From a virus (lineage: Duplodnaviria > Caudoviricetes), in IMG/VR virus record IMGVR_UViG_3300030118_007016, positions 1 through 60,809 of that record: a DNA stretch of 60,809 nt, one strand, 5' to 3'. Below are positions 1 through 13,800 of the stretch, one piece after another. The first letter of the stretch is position 1, and each line of letters begins with the position of its first letter. The position numbers and the translations under genes were made by a program. The notes beneath the pieces are model-generated. The model was not told the origin of the DNA. It ran no database searches and worked only from the letters and a program-made list of their open reading frames with translations.

Positions 1-3000
1 TGTCCAGTTTCGGCAGGGGTATTACCAATATCTCCAGCTGAACTCTTTGTTCCTTGAATGCCTTCTGGATCAATTCCCATGTCCCTTAACATTTGGGCTT
101 TTTGTATTTCCCCGAGAGAGCCTAGCTGCTTTGCTATATTTACTGGCTGCATTCTATCAACTTGTATGCCGGCCTCTGCTAGTGTCCTATCTGAACCAAC
201 AATTGATGACCTGATGTATTCATTTTTAATCATCCCTCTTGTGCCCTGTCTTGGAGAACCACCTATTGGTTTCGGCTCAAAGTTAAGTACTCTTTGCTCT
301 ACGTACTTATCTCTTCGTAGCTTAAAATCAGACACAGAATCTGTCGTAGTTGTCCCAAACGATTGTATCGTACCAATGAATGAGACTGGAGTTGATGACC
401 CTCCGACTGTATTAATGTTGATACCGCCTCCCGTTACTGGTATGCCAATACCCGCATTTGCTTCCGCTAGTCCTGCAAAATCAGGGGTTGGAAGACTAGT
501 TGGCAGTTGGTTGTTTGGGTATACTAAAAAATACTCATCATAAACTGGAACTTCAAGCTGCTCTAGTCTGTTGTACCCATACAACTTTTTTTCGTACCTT
601 TTTAGTCTACACAGAAGTGGAGAATCACTGAGATTTTCAATATCTTCTGATGTTAACGGAGAGAAAATTGGGTCTCCAACAAATATTTCATCTCCCACCA
701 TTGAATAGCCCCTTAACGCTTCTATTCCCATTATATACTTATAGTTAAAATAACTAAAGCCAAAATTTTGAGGGTTTCTTAAAAAATTTCCACCCTTTAG
801 ACCCGGAACATCAGAAACACCTTGCCCCTTGTCGTTAACAACCTCATCTTTGCCCAATATGCTTAACATTAAAGCTTTAAGTTGATTGGGAGCTAAGGAG
901 AGAGGAGGTGGTGCTTCACTTCCAAACGCCACCGTCAGAGCATATCCAAAAAGCTCATTTTTAAACGCAGTGCCGCCGGAGGATTTTTCAACATTGTAAA
1001 ATATATCATTGTTTTCCTCCGATTGCAAGTTTAAGTCATCGAGTTGAAATATGGTATTTAATAAATCATTTGGGTTTATTGATGATGCTAAAATATCTTT
1101 ATTGGGCAAGAAAAGGTTCGGTTTCTGCCCCAATGGGTCTAGCAAAGGAATGCCCAAGCCAAACAAAGCCCCGCTGCTTCCTTTGTTTTCTTGTTCTGTA
1201 TCTTTTGGAGGATTTATTGTTTCCTGAACGGTGATAGTGCACCCCTTTGTAGCAAGAAGATTTACTAAATCAAATCTTCGTTTCTGATCTAAAGAGCTTA
1301 TCTTTGACTTGTGTTCCAGTACAACATTATCGTTTGAAAGCGTCCCAATGCTACTATTCGATTGATTAAATCTAAATATGTCTAACACAAGATCGTTTAA
1401 TTCTTTTCTGCTTTGATTCAGCGATCCATTATTTAGGATTGAAGGAGTGGCTCTTCTAGGAACTCTAATATAAGAAGGAGATAGGTAAGCGTACCTCCTA
1501 TTATCGATAGAATCTCCTTTATTAAATATTGTTTCAGCGACCGTATTTGCAGATGATCCTTTTGTTAAATCTTTTATGCTTATATCTGCACTTAGTGCTT
1601 TAAAATATTTTTGAGTCTCTTTGAAAGTTCTTTGCTTCATCGAAGAGCCTTCGATTGATTTAAGACCGTCTAGATTACCTACAGGGTCACTTTTTGTAAG
1701 AGATATAAAGTCAGCACCAAATGCTTGAGGGATTGATGCGTCGTACAAATTTTTAAAATGATGCACTAACTTAAAACTTTTCTTGGCTTTTGTAGGAGCT
1801 ACACCAGTTGAATCTTTCAAAGCATTGCTTGCATTTGATTGAGTACCTTTTTTCGTTTTATAAATTAATGTGCTTGATAAAACAGATTTAAGTTTGAACA
1901 TGAAATCTTCAATGATCTTAACAACTAGCTGAATTCCATTAGGATTGCCCTGATTTGGACTTGAAATTTGCACCATGTAAGCAAGAACACGTATCGCATC
2001 AAATGTAGACTCTGTGTCCTCAGAAGCAAGTAAAACTAATGTCTCTATGTAAGATGAGATTGCCCCTGTCAAAAAAGAACCAAACTGTTCTGGTGCGCCA
2101 TATTTTGACAAATAAAAATCATGAAACGTAGATGTAAATCTATCAGTGTGAACATCATAATAAGATGGACTCGATATAGCGTCGTTATAATAGTTTTCTA
2201 TCTCTTTTCGAGCTTTTGCAATTTCAGTTAGTTTTTTTCTAAGAAAAGTTGGCAATGGATCTGCAATAGTCATCTCAACAGAGTATTGATACATACCACC
2301 AAGACGATCTCTTATATCGTAGTCAGTGCCACAAAAACTTTTTAATCCCATGTTATTATCAACTAAAAAACTAATCGGACGTATTGATCCAACAGGCACT
2401 GGTGTTGGTAATGACTTTGTATTTTTCTTTGTAAATATTTTATTAGCTAAAAGCTCTTTTCCACTTTGGACACTATTAACCACTAAAAACGGATTGTCAG
2501 TTTTAGAGAAGGATGTTCTTTGACTTTGTGAATCTAAAACTTCATTACTTTTAACCTTTTGTCTTAATATTTTAAAATCTAATATTTTAGCTGAAGAGAT
2601 TATGTCTAGATACTCTGTCTTGTCTTTTGATTTTATTATGTCAAGAAGTGCCGGAAACATGGTGTTGTTTCTTAAAGCTTCATGCATATTGAAAGTAAAA
2701 AGAAATCTAGCGTTATTCTTTTTGTCTCTAGATAAAAACAGTTCTGAAAACATCTTTGGTTTCTTTTCTAAAATATTCGATGTTTTAAGCTGTCTTGTTA
2801 ATCTTAACAATGCTTCGTCGTTTGTGAAGAAATTTGAAAATGCTACGTAATCTAAATTTATTTTTTCAAGATCAAGCTTCTGTCTATTGTCGATTACTTT
2901 AGAGTTTGGAACATCAATTTTTGTCAAAAAATCAGTAGGCTTTGGAGAGCTTGGGTGAGATATTCCCTTCATCCAAGAATCTCCTTCGCTCATCTTATGG

Positions 3001-3845
3001 ACATCGCCTAGATAATAGTTGCCCATAGAATCAATAAAGGCATATGAGTTTTGGTATGGCTTTCCGTCTTGTAGAACTATCTCAGAGCTTACAGGACCCA
3101 GCCCTAAAACAGAATTTATAGCCGAGTAAAGAGAAACTTTACCAAAAACATCATTATCAATACTAAATCCAGAAACATCAAAGTACGCATATGCAATGTA
3201 AGCTAAAAATTTGATATTAGCGCCTCCCTTAGCGGCGGTAATTTTAAAATCACTAAACAAGCCAATATCATATGTTATTGTACCATCAGCATTTTGACTT
3301 TGTTGAAAAGAGAAGTTTTTTAACATCGACGATTGATTTGTTACTAAATCTCCATCGCCGGAAGTACTAAGCGATTCTCCATATATTGAAGAATCTAAAA
3401 TGTTTAAAGTACTTTCATTAATATTTATCGTCTTTATTGTTAATGATGACTGACTAGAAGGTGTTGACAACATTATGTTATTGGCTGATTCTGACAAAGA
3501 AGCAACTGGAGTTGATAACAAAGTATTATACAACGCCTCGTCTCTGCATTCTAGAATTTTTATTTTAATGTATTTGGTAATATCAACATCAGTCAAATAT
3601 TTTAGTTTAGAGTTTTCATCGAGTGTTTCTTTTAGTATCAGATTTATTTTAACGTGTAAAGTTTTGTTTTTATTAGAATCTGTAATCTGACTTAAAGTTG
3701 GAACACTTTTTTCATTTGGATGATCAATATGAGGATCTTGGATTGATCTTTCTAATCCATTATCATATGACAAAGTAAATGTATTAAAATACACTTTTGG
3801 GATACCTGCTCCAAAAAAGTCTTGTGATGTAACTGGTTGTATCAT
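1..3845 (-). CDS. Large hypothetical (probably virion/tail-associated) protein, >1281 aa, truncated by the left edge
   Basis: ATG at 3845 overlaps the TGA of the upstream ORF (ATGA). Reads MIQPVTSQDFFGAGIPKVYFNTFTL...; the frame was open in spot checks near 540-620 and 3-70. Probably missing from the ORF track because its stop lies outside the window. Confidence 0.8.
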   Translation of the reverse strand, partial: MIQPVTSQDFFGAGIPKVYFNTFTLSYDNGLERSIQDPHIDHPNEKSVPTLSQITDSNKNKTLHVKINLILKETLDENSKLKYLTDVDITKYIKIKILECRDEALYNTLLSTPVASLSESANNIMLSTPSSQSSLTIKTININESTLNILDSSIYGESLSTSGDGDLVTNQSSMLKNFSFQQSQNADGTITYDIGLFSDFKITAAKGGANIKFLAYIAYAYFDVSGFSIDNDVFGKVSLYSAINSVLGLGPVSSEIVLQDGKPYQNSYAFIDSMGNYYLGDVHKMSEGDSWMKGISHPSSPKPTDFLTKIDVPNSKVIDNRQKLDLEKINLDYVAFSNFFTNDEALLRLTRQLKTSNILEKKPKMFSELFLSRDKKNNARFLFTFNMHEALRNNTMFPALLDIIKSKDKTEYLDIISSAKILDFKILRQKVKSNEVLDSQSQRTSFSKTDNPFLVVNSVQSGKELLANKIFTKKNTKSLPTPVPVGSIRPISFLVDNNMGLKSFCGTDYDIRDRLGGMYQYSVEMTIADPLPTFLRKKLTEIAKARKEIENYYNDAISSPSYYDVHTDRFTSTFHDFYLSKYGAPEQFGSFLTGAISSYIETLVLLASEDTESTFDAIRVLAYMVQISSPNQGNPNGIQLVVKIIEDFMFKLKSVLSSTLIYKTKKGTQSNASNALKDSTGVAPTKAKKSFKLVHHFKNLYDASIPQAFGADFISLTKSDPVGNLDGLKSIEGSSMKQRTFKETQKYFKALSADISIKDLTKGSSANTVAETIFNKGDSIDNRRYAYLSPSYIRVPRRATPSILNNGSLNQSRKELNDLVLDIFRFNQSNSSIGTLSNDNVVLEHKSKISSLDQKRRFDLVNLLATKGCTITVQETINPPKDTEQENKGSSGALFGLGIPLLDPLGQKPNLFLPNKDILASSINPNDLLNTIFQLDDLNLQSEENNDIFYNVEKSSGGTAFKNELFGYALTVAFGSEAPPPLSLAPNQLKALMLSILGKDEVVNDKGQGVSDVPGLKGGNFLRNPQNFGFSYFNYKYIMGIEALRGYSMVGDEIFVGDPIFSPLTSEDIENLSDSPLLCRLKRYEKKLYGYNRLEQLEVPVYDEYFLVYPNNQLPTSLPTPDFAGLAEANAGIGIPVTGGGININTVGGSSTPVSFIGTIQSFGTTTTDSVSDFKLRRDKYVEQRVLNFEPKPIGGSPRQGTRGMIKNEYIRSSIVGSDRTLAEAGIQVDRMQPVNIAKQLGSLGEIQKAQMLRDMGIDPEGIQGTKSSAGDIGNTPAETG

Positions 3846-4810
3846 ATTGGTTTATCCGCACAAGGTTCCAGATCAGACATTGGGAAAGAAATTTGTTGCT
3901 TTCTAGTTTCCCCTATTACTGGTGTATCGATTTCATCATCAACCCTAAAATCAAAATAATATTCAACATAATTTTCATTTATTTGAACGTCTTCTTGTAA
4001 GTTTGGGTCATATATAATGTCATCGTGCGAAACCTCGATTTCATCCTTTAAAAATTTTAATCGACTTAAATGCTCTTCGCCATTAGCTTTAGTTTTTATT
4101 TGAAATACTTCTATATCATAATTCGTTCTTTCATTGATTCCGTTAATCTCTTGAATATCAACTAGGATATACTCTTTTTTAAGCTCTACAAAAGTATTAT
4201 CCTCAAAAATTTTAGACACTGATACTTTCTCTATACCGTCTACTGTCGTTCCGGGGACATTATAGAGAGGATCATCCTGAGTGGGGCTTAGTTCTGCTAT
4301 TGAAGTGTCGTAAAAAGCTTGCACCTCCAGTTGAGGGATCTTAATCAAGCCATGTGATCCTGTTAGAATATCCGATGATCCAGTTGGCTTTGACAAAAGA
4401 AAATTTAAGTCCCACGCAGGTGCTCTTTGTGTGCCTATCTCTGCACTTCCTAAAGGAGTTGGGAGCGAATAAATATTCTCTCTTGAGGTTGCATTTTTTA
4501 GTTTTTTGAGTTTTTTAATTACATCACTTTTAGTATCTCCAAACGTTTTATTTATTCTACGGAATGTAGAATCCACACCCTCAAAAATGGTTACATTCTT
4601 TATTCTTGGAGTTGTTTTAATCCTGTCCTCTGATTCTTTTTGGACCTCTGCTGGTCCTTTTCCGGGAGAACTATACTGGGTGTCATAAACAATATCATCG
4701 TCATAAAAGGCATAAAACGATGGAGAAAATTCTCCAGCAGACAATAATCTTCTACCATAAGGGGTGAGTTTCAACTCTATAACTTCTTCTTTTTGATTAA
4801 AAAATTCCAT
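3842..4810 (-). CDS. Putative baseplate/tail-associated structural protein
   Basis: 322 aa. N-terminal LTPYGRRLLSAGEF..FYAFYDDDIVYD resembles the LTxxGR...FAxxDD start of tail-collar/baseplate-associated proteins. Lies in the structural operon. Confidence 0.5.
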   Translation of the reverse strand: MEFFNQKEEVIELKLTPYGRRLLSAGEFSPSFYAFYDDDIVYDTQYSSPGKGPAEVQKESEDRIKTTPRIKNVTIFEGVDSTFRRINKTFGDTKSDVIKKLKKLKNATSRENIYSLPTPLGSAEIGTQRAPAWDLNFLLSKPTGSSDILTGSHGLIKIPQLEVQAFYDTSIAELSPTQDDPLYNVPGTTVDGIEKVSVSKIFEDNTFVELKKEYILVDIQEINGINERTNYDIEVFQIKTKANGEEHLSRLKFLKDEIEVSHDDIIYDPNLQEDVQINENYVEYYFDFRVDDEIDTPVIGETRKQQISFPMSDLEPCADKPI

Positions 4811-4819
4811 ATTACTTAA

Positions 4820-7800
4820 TTACTCCGGTGATCCATTTCCACCCGGAAAAAATGTTTCATATTTTGGATCATCATCTGTTCTTGTAAAAGTTACTTCAGA
4901 ATTCATCTTCGCTAACTCAACCAATGAAAAGAAATCATATGGCCAGTTATAGCTAAATGGTAGTTCAGCTTGTGGGTCAGACCCAAAACCTTCAAGCTCT
5001 GAATTGCTGGAAAAACTAAATCCTTTCCCAGTCTCTGATGTTTTTGTTATGTTGAAATAGTTATTTCTCGCTCGTTGCTTCACTTTAAACACTTTCCATC
5101 TTATATTAGTCGGAAAATCTTCAACACCAAGATCCCCAAAGAACTCAAACTCTGGACCGATTAAATGCTCAAAAACTGATTTTTGCTTTTCAGCTTTAAC
5201 TGATATCTCGGGCATTATGTTTTGCCATATGTTGGACAGATCGTCTTTTGTTAAGTCATGAGTAAATTCAAAAATATACATAACAAAGGGTTTCTTTTCC
5301 AAAGCTAATATGTTTGTTTGCGATGAGAAGTCCATATCTGGTGGAATATAATATTTTCTCATTAAATTAAACATTTTAGAAATAGAAGTTGTCTTTCTTT
5401 CTATTTCAGAACCTTGTTGCCCCGGAAAAATAGGAGATTTTCCTTGCTGGACTTGTAGTATTTGCTGCTTATATGTATTTTCATTAATAAAAAATGGAAA
5501 ACCTTTGGAATCAATAGGTATCGCTACAATAGCCTCGCCTATTTGTTTTGTAGGCGCTATTTCTCCAACCCTTTGTTGTGTTGCTTTAAATCCGCAAACA
5601 TTTATTAGAGATCCAGTTAAAGCTGTTTTGACACTTGGGTTTAAAAGTGCGTTCTTACTAACAGCAAAAGTTTTCTGAGGGTAACTTTCTCTTACTTGCA
5701 TAAATATGCCAGAGGCTCCTGTAGGTGGGTGCCCATAGCCTTTCCATATTCCCTTTGTAAACAACTTTTCTTTTCCAAGTCCACTACCAGCACCTAATGA
5801 TGCTACATCCATATCATGAAGATTTACTGATGGACACTCAAACTTTGATTCAATTACCCATGCATCTTGAGAATCCTGAATGACTGGAGTGGTTGCAGTT
5901 AAAGGAATGTAGTTTCCGTTTGCGTCTTGCTCTGTTGAATACCCAATCTCTTTCAAGGTAACAGACCCAAACAGGTTCACCGAAGAAGAGATTTGCATTT
6001 GAGATATCCCGGCAGGATGTGCGTTTAACACATCGGGGTTTTGTAAGCTTTTTGCTCTTTTGTTATTGTTTTTATATGCAGTATTCACTGCTGCATTCGA
6101 TAATATCTCTTGTAGTGTAAACTTTGCGCTTTCTCCCGCTTGCAGGTCTCTCGCCTCATGCGGCTTAAACTCTATTCTAGCAACTGCATCTCCATAAAAA
6201 TATGGAGGAGTATGAATAGCATAAGATGGATCCTCTCCCCATGCTTCTTGGAGTGGAAAATCAGCAGATCCAGTTCCAGACACGCCGTACCTAAGTGTTC
6301 CCGGTTTATAAGGAGGACCATAGTGGATACCTCTTACAGACACAGGAGGGGTGTTACGACCACCTTTAAAGGCTCCAACAGCAGTTGATCCGCCCACGGT
6401 TGAAGCATTTTTACGATTTCCAGCAGGTCCCGGTTCATCAGAATAAACGGTTACAATGTTTGAGTTTACACCCGAATCAAACCCTGTGCCACCGCTAGCA
6501 GATGAGCCGGTTACCGCTATTGCAATAGCCTCCGCAAAATCATTTGCTGAAGTTATTGATCTTATTCCTATTTTCCCTGCACCGCTTGTTGCAGGGTTCC
6601 CTCCAGCTCCGGGGTGGACAGACGTGTCAAGAGTAAAAACATGGGAGTTTCCTCCTGAATCGAAAAATGTTATTGTTTCGCCGTTTCCAAAACCTGTAGC
6701 TGCTGTTATAGTAGCTTTAGCTGTTCCAATAATTTTACGGTCACCGATTTTTATCAGTCTCGATTCGTTAAGAGCGTCGGGCACAGCTCTTACAGCATCT
6801 CCTCCGGGCTTGAAGAAGAAGCTGCCAGAAGGTCCCTCATAAGACACAAAGTCGTCTGTTTTGTAAAGAACAACGTCCATATAATAAGAAGATCCAGAAG
6901 TCATTGTTCTAAACTGACTTTCTGGCTTAGACAGAAAAGATGTGGGACCTTTCTTTTCCAGAAAAAAGTTTTGAACTTCTGCAAAAAAGTTATTAGCTGC
7001 TAAAGAATATTTAATGTCGCTCTGTCCGAGCCATTCAAAAAATATTTGCGGCGCAGAGCCTGTGCCAGTTGCATGTTCATCAGGGGTTCTTTTTTCATCA
7101 GCATAAAAACAGTCGACTTTGTTTTGTCCCGGTCGAACTGACCCAGTGAAGTGTGGGTATGTAAAGAATACACTGGCTGATGGCACTGTTACATCAGGAC
7201 CAATGTCGGAGGATGATACCGGCAAATAGCTATCCGGGTTTAATATCGCCTCGAACGGAAATACATAATTTGGACTCTCCGCCACAACATTCATTGGGAA
7301 TGTGGCACCAGACAATGGACTTAGAACATCAATGAATCCAGAATCGGAGCCAAACTGAGGGACTGAGCCTGTATGCACAGCGTAATCTACCGCAATTCCT
7401 GACTTAATGGTATTGAAAAAGATACCCGGAGCAAAGAATGGTTGGTATAAGGCGGCTAATCTTTCTTGATCACCGTCACGAGTATTTGAGCCAGTTATGA
7501 AGGACCCATACGAGGCTGAAAATAAGTTTCCGAGTTGCACTGCTCGTAGCACAGGGTAAAATCCTTGGTAAGGTAACAGTTTTTTAATACCTTCACACTC
7601 TAAACGTATTTTAGAAAACTTAGCAGCCTGTCTAACATTTGTAATAATCGTCTCTTCGGTTGTTCCGGATTCTTGTTGTTCAAAAGTTTGCCCAATTGCA
7701 CCTTTTTTATTGCCTATTTCAATTTCGTGATCTTCTTTAATCAGCTTGAAATGTTTCATGAAATCTGTAAAATGATAGGTTTTCATAAACTCGCTGTTAA

Positions 7801-10800
7801 AACCACCCAAGGGATTAGTCGCACTACTTGTTGAATCTGTAGAAGCTCCAACTAGAGTTGCATAGTCGTTGTTAACTGCATTAGTTTTGGATCCGGGTGC
7901 ACTTTTATCTAAGTAATAATCAATGTGTTCTGTAATTCTAAACTCAGGCAAAACTGTGTAATCTTTTCCAAAAGATCTTATATCTTGTGCATAATCCTCA
8001 TATGAATCAAACCATGGAGTTCTTCCGCTAAGAACATCTGTTCTATATGGAGGTATTAAGTGAAGAGATGCAGACATTCTTACTAGACTGTTTTGAGTAA
8101 AATAGGGAGAGCCTGCACCAGTTCCAGTATTATGACCATATGCAAATGATCCTGACCAAATGATGTTAGGAAATTCATATTGTATTGATGCACTTGGTCT
8201 AACTCTTAAAAATCCGTCTGTATTTTTTATTTCGATTGGTCCAGATCCAGTTGGTGCAGACGCTGCATCGCTTGATCCTCCCACTCTTACTTTTCCCTGT
8301 ATTTGTATCTGCAACAAACTATACAACCATCCCGCATATGAAAGTTCGCCATTTTTTGCAACATCATTCCAGCGGGGCTCTACAGATGGGTTTAATTGTG
8401 CTCCAGATGGTCCAAGAGGTGACCAATAAACAGGATCAAAACGCCTAGATCCGTTCGAGCTATTGGCTGCGGATGCTGAATGGCATTCCAAATCAAAGAA
8501 AGGCTCTTCAGCATCCAACGGCCATATACTTAAATCTAACATACCAAAATATGAAGACCCGCTTGCAATCGCTAAGTCTGATGAGTTTCTTGCTGTAATA
8601 TTTGCTCTGATTCTATCATTAATATCATGCTTCCAAAAAGCTCTGGATAAACCTAATCTTTGATTAAAATCGCTCGACCCACTAGAAACTGTATAATTTC
8701 CACGACCTCTGATCTTCGCTAAACCTGTTAGCTCTTCTTTTGGATACACAACTTCGGAGTACTTTAAATATTCCATTTTGTTAGCATCTAGATTATCTAA
8801 AGCAAAAGGACTCTCTTCAGGTGGGATGTACTCATATAGGTATATGTTTTTTAAATCATCATACACCTCGTCCCCTAGATTTCTGCCACTAAATCTTGGT
8901 GTTGCCGCATCAACATCTTTATTTGCAAAAGTGGACAGGTTATTCCCGAAAGTGCTTTTTAAGTTTATTTTGTCTCCAGTTTTTAAGGTAAACTGCTGAT
9001 TTAGTGGCTTATACTTGAAAGTAACTGGTGGTTCAATGTGTGTTTCCAAAACGTCTACATCAGCAAAAACTTCAAACGTTGAATCTGCAATATTTTCCAG
9101 CTTTGTCGAGGTAACTTTTGCTAGACTTATTATGTTGTTCTTTTTGAAATATCTAACAAGAGGATTATACATCTGCCTTACTTGTTTCCAACTTGAATTT
9201 CCATATGGTCCATTGGCTTTTAAAAGGGCAACGTTTAAGAAAGTTGAAGAACTTACCGCCCCACTGACAAAATTTGTAAATGGTAAAAATGTTGTGTTAG
9301 TCTTGAAGTGAATAGTATTCTCTGTAAGATCACTTTCACGGGCTACTAATATGTTGTTAAGACCAACAAAGTCTTGAGGTATGAAACTAGCATACGAAGG
9401 TAGTACCTGATCTGATGTGATAGAGAAAAAGTTTGAAGACGTGACCCTTAACAAACCTAGTTCACTTGCACTTAAGAAAGTTATGTCTGTAGATGCTTCA
9501 CTTGCATTTGAAAAATCTCTTTCAGAATATCCAAAAGGAAATTGTATCGCAGAAGATGTTATCCAAGAATACTGAAGCTCACTTTGCGGTATTGCATGTT
9601 GCACAAAATAGTTATCAAAAAGTGATGCAGTGCCAAAAGTATCAAGACCAGTTCTTTTTATAATTTTGCGTGTATTTCTTTGTGTTTTATGAAACGACCC
9701 TGTTGGAGAGCCCAGTGGTCCTCTACCATCAGAAAAGCCCTCAACAATGGTATTTGAAAGACCAGAAACAATATTTGTATTTCCATCAACGCCTTGGTCA
9801 AGCTGAGTCAAGACTACAACATTGTTGCCACTGGCTAAGTCATCAGATTTTAATGTAACAATAATCTTTCCGCCATGACCTTGAGTTGCCTCAATACACT
9901 GCTTTAATCCTAAAGCAGCATCGTCAGCGTCATTACTAATATCAAACTGTCCTAAAGCTGTATTGGTTCCACTACTAGAAGCAGTATATGTTACAGATGT
10001 TCCATCAGTAGATACGATTACTATTGTTTGACCGTTTGTTGGTTTTGATGTTCCAATAGATACTGTTGCTTTTGCAGGAGCAGATAAGCCTCCAAAAGGC
10101 GAATGTCTAGTCAAAAATCCCCTTAATGGCTGTCTAACCGTTAAATTTCTAAAAGGCAAAGCATTATACGGTGCAAATGTTTCAGAGGCTGCATCCATAA
10201 ATGCTGGACAGGAGACTTCCGGACCTCCGGGGGCAGAAAATCTGCTGACCATTATACTGGTGGTTTTTCCTCTGTCAGGCACTTTATAATCTAGTAATCC
10301 AAGCACAGATGGAGAGTTTGCAAACGTTGTATCAATATTTCCACTTTGCGCCAAAAATCGATTGTTTATATCTCTACCCGGAATCTGCACTATTTCATAG
10401 TTGTGCGAATAATTGCCAAGCGGTATTGTAGCTGCATTATCATCAACCACCCCAGCATTAGGAAGCGCTGAGCTTGTGATATTTTTAATATTTTTTATAT
10501 TTACAGGACTCTTGGCTATAAAGTCTCTTGTGTAATCTTTTCTAGGCGCATCAGCACTAACAAAAGATGGATTAACAACGTTATAAAATATATTTCCACC
10601 AGCGATTGTTGGATTTGTATAAAATGCCTCTGGTCTTATAGTAGCAAGACCAGTATTTATTCCAACATGCCTGTGAGAATTTCCACCTACATGAGCTTCT
10701 GTAAAAGGACCTTGGATTGGAACATCCTTTGTTAGTGTATAATAGTCACGCAAATGTTGATTGTCTACAGTGTAACCATCTGGTATACCAGCAGACTCTG

Positions 10801-13800
10801 CTGGCTGAGAAGATGAAACAAACTGATAGTTTCCGACGAGCTTTCCAGCATATATTCTGGTTGCATCATTGCGGGTCATGACTTGATAATCTGTTTTATA
10901 CTGTCTATTAGGATTTATTTTGTCTAAATCTTTGCAATCACTAGCGCTAGCAAAAGTCGTTGTGTTAAACTTCAAGCCTCTGGAATTATCGAATGGAGGT
11001 GTTTCAGTGAGAGAAAAAGCTTTTACATTTGTTTCTCTTCTAATGATTCCTCCGCCTTCATTTCCACCGATTTTATATGGAGAATTAAATCTTCTATTAA
11101 ATACTTGCAGTGATGCTGAGTGTATTTCCATTCTACTCGAATCAACTCCAGTATCACCAACTGGCAAAAATGCATCGTCTCTCGTAGCTTTCTTGCTCCA
11201 CCACAGGCAGTTATCCTCTTGGTATCCTCTAGTAATCCCTCCAGAAAACTCTCCGTTTGCGGCAGCGCCAGCAGCGCCAGCTACCGTATAGTTGTCAACG
11301 TTGCTAGTAACAAGCGTGTTTCCTAATACACTTTTAAAATTCTGAGTGAGCGTTAACCTATAAGATCCTCCGCCCAAGTTTTGAACAGCACTAGTCGTAA
11401 ATATTCCGGATCCATCAATGAGTGTTTTTAAATTGGACAGACCGTGATCTGCGCCTGTTCTAGCGAAGTCATTTCCGCTTGTTGTTGTGGCAGTGACAGT
11501 AAAAGTGAATGCAATGATTGAACCATCCGCTTTAAGTTGTCGTAAAACAATTTCCTTTCCAACTGTTGGAGCAGCTGTTGCTGTAATTGTTGTTGTTGCT
11601 GCAACACCTAGCGATGGAGGTGTAGGCGCATGACCAAATTCCCAATCATATAAAAGCTCGTTAATACCTCTGATAGATCCGGACGGATCATTTGACCCAA
11701 AATGCATCGTTGGGAATTTATGTTCGTATTTACCACCTCTTTCAAAAAGGTGACTTTCAACTATATTTGAGACATCAGTTATTTTAGATGAGATCGGTGC
11801 AAGTTGCTGTACCATTTCTGAAACGGCTGAATCAAGCCATTTAAAATAATCAAGATATTTGTCCAAGTTAGGAGTGTTGCCAACTTTATCGAAAAAGATT
11901 CTTCTTATCTTTTCAAGGGACTTATACCTTCCTCTGTATTTATTTATTGGATCCCCCAATAAATTTTCCATTGCAGATGCATCTGATGCAGCTGCCAAAA
12001 AGTTTATCATCTCCTCTGAGATTGTTTGATACATGCTTTTTTCAACAGAGTATGTGAATTTGATTGGCTTTGTTCTAGTGGTAAAGTTCTCATCGTCTCT
12101 CGATAAAATATTAACAGATGCAAAAGAGTTTAAGTTTTCAGGCACTTGTTGTCTTTGACCCTGCACATATTCTCTAGATAATGAAGATGTACTGTTTACC
12201 TTAAAGAAATCTCCCCTAGCTGTATGAGTTTTTAGCAATAAGTTAGAAAATTTATCTCCATATCTAGCATCAGTAGATCCAGAGGATATATCTTTTATTA
12301 TAAATCTACCATTTGAATCTGAACCCGTTACTGTGTCAAAATCCCAATGCATAGCAAGAGTATTTATTTTTTCTATACTTTGTGGAAATGTAGGTGCCGA
12401 CTGGTTTAGAAAACTATTTTGCATAGCGTTAAAAACACCATAGTTTCTTGGGTCCATAGCATGTGAAACTATTTCTTCATTTTCAAGAGGTATAGACCAG
12501 TATCTACAAGACGAAACTTTAACATCTGATTTATTTAATAATGTTCCACTAAAGTTTGTTCTATGCGCTCCGACATAAACTCTTTTCCTACTAGTAGAAA
12601 ATTTAAGTCCATTACCTTCTCCTACAGCACCAGTTAATCTAAATTGATGAACAATCTGATCATTTGATGTGCACACTCCAAAAAATTCTACATCATATGC
12701 GGATGCTCCATCATGGGATCCAGATAATATTCCTATAGTTGGATATCTTTCTGGTTTTATCTTTACAGCAAAATTCCACTTTTGATTATTGTATACATCT
12801 TTAAATACGCTAGTTGTTAGCTCAGTGAATATCCCCTCATTTGATGAGTTTGGATTTGAAGATGTTAGAATAAAAAATACGTCTTTTGATGATGGACCTG
12901 TTTCTTGAGATTTTACTGCGTATACTTGGAAGTTTGCAAAATCATTTGCACTCCACACATAATCCGTTGAAGTCTCAACAGCCGTATGCATTCCGAAAAG
13001 CGAAGAACTAACTCCGGGCATGACAGTATCTCTATAGTTTGGAAAGTCTGGAGATAATCTTTTTGGGAAGATTACCTCTGCTTCTAGAGTCATGCCTGTT
13101 TGTGAGTCAAATCCATCAAAGTTTTCTAAAGTACTTCCGGTCAAAAATGATGTTGAGTTTGAATCATCTGGATCTGGAAAGTTATAAACAGTTGCATCAA
13201 AGTTTTCTAAACTACTGAAGTCTGCATATGTCTTCCTAGTTACTTTTGGTCTTGACGAATTTGACAAACTTATCGTTGCATTATCTGCATACATATTTAA
13301 AGAATACAAATCATCATCAACACCGTAGCACCTTATAAGATTTCTTATTGCCTTCTCTGTACCCTTAGATTTATTTATATACGTCAGATTATTATAAATG
13401 TTTGTGTATATTTGATTTTTTATATTCTCTAGAGATGTTTGAAAATTTCTTTCATCATTTCTATTTGCTAGTGACTCCAAAGCTGTAGCATCAGCAAATA
13501 TCTCTGGTGCTACAAATCCGTGTGATGTCAAAAGCCTACTAGCAAAAGGCAATGGTTTGCTAGTGCTGCCGCTTACAGATCCACTAAAGTACTCTATATT
13601 TTTTAAAGTAGGCACTTTTTTAATCTGTAAACAAAGCTCATCAAAATAGCTTGCCATTATCTGGTTTAATGCCAAGATGGTCTTTCTTTCCTTTGTTTCA
13701 TCTAAATCGATTAGCCAACTCGGCAAGGTATTGTACATGAATCCAGAATTTCTTCCGTCGTATTCTCTACCTTTTATACTTGCAGATGCCTCATATTCAA

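Noticed and set aside
58-3690. Plus-strand ORFs (58-543, 2326-2523, 2602-2850, 3475-3690)
   Set aside because: Antisense shadows of the long minus-strand ORF 1-3845; no recognisable motifs.
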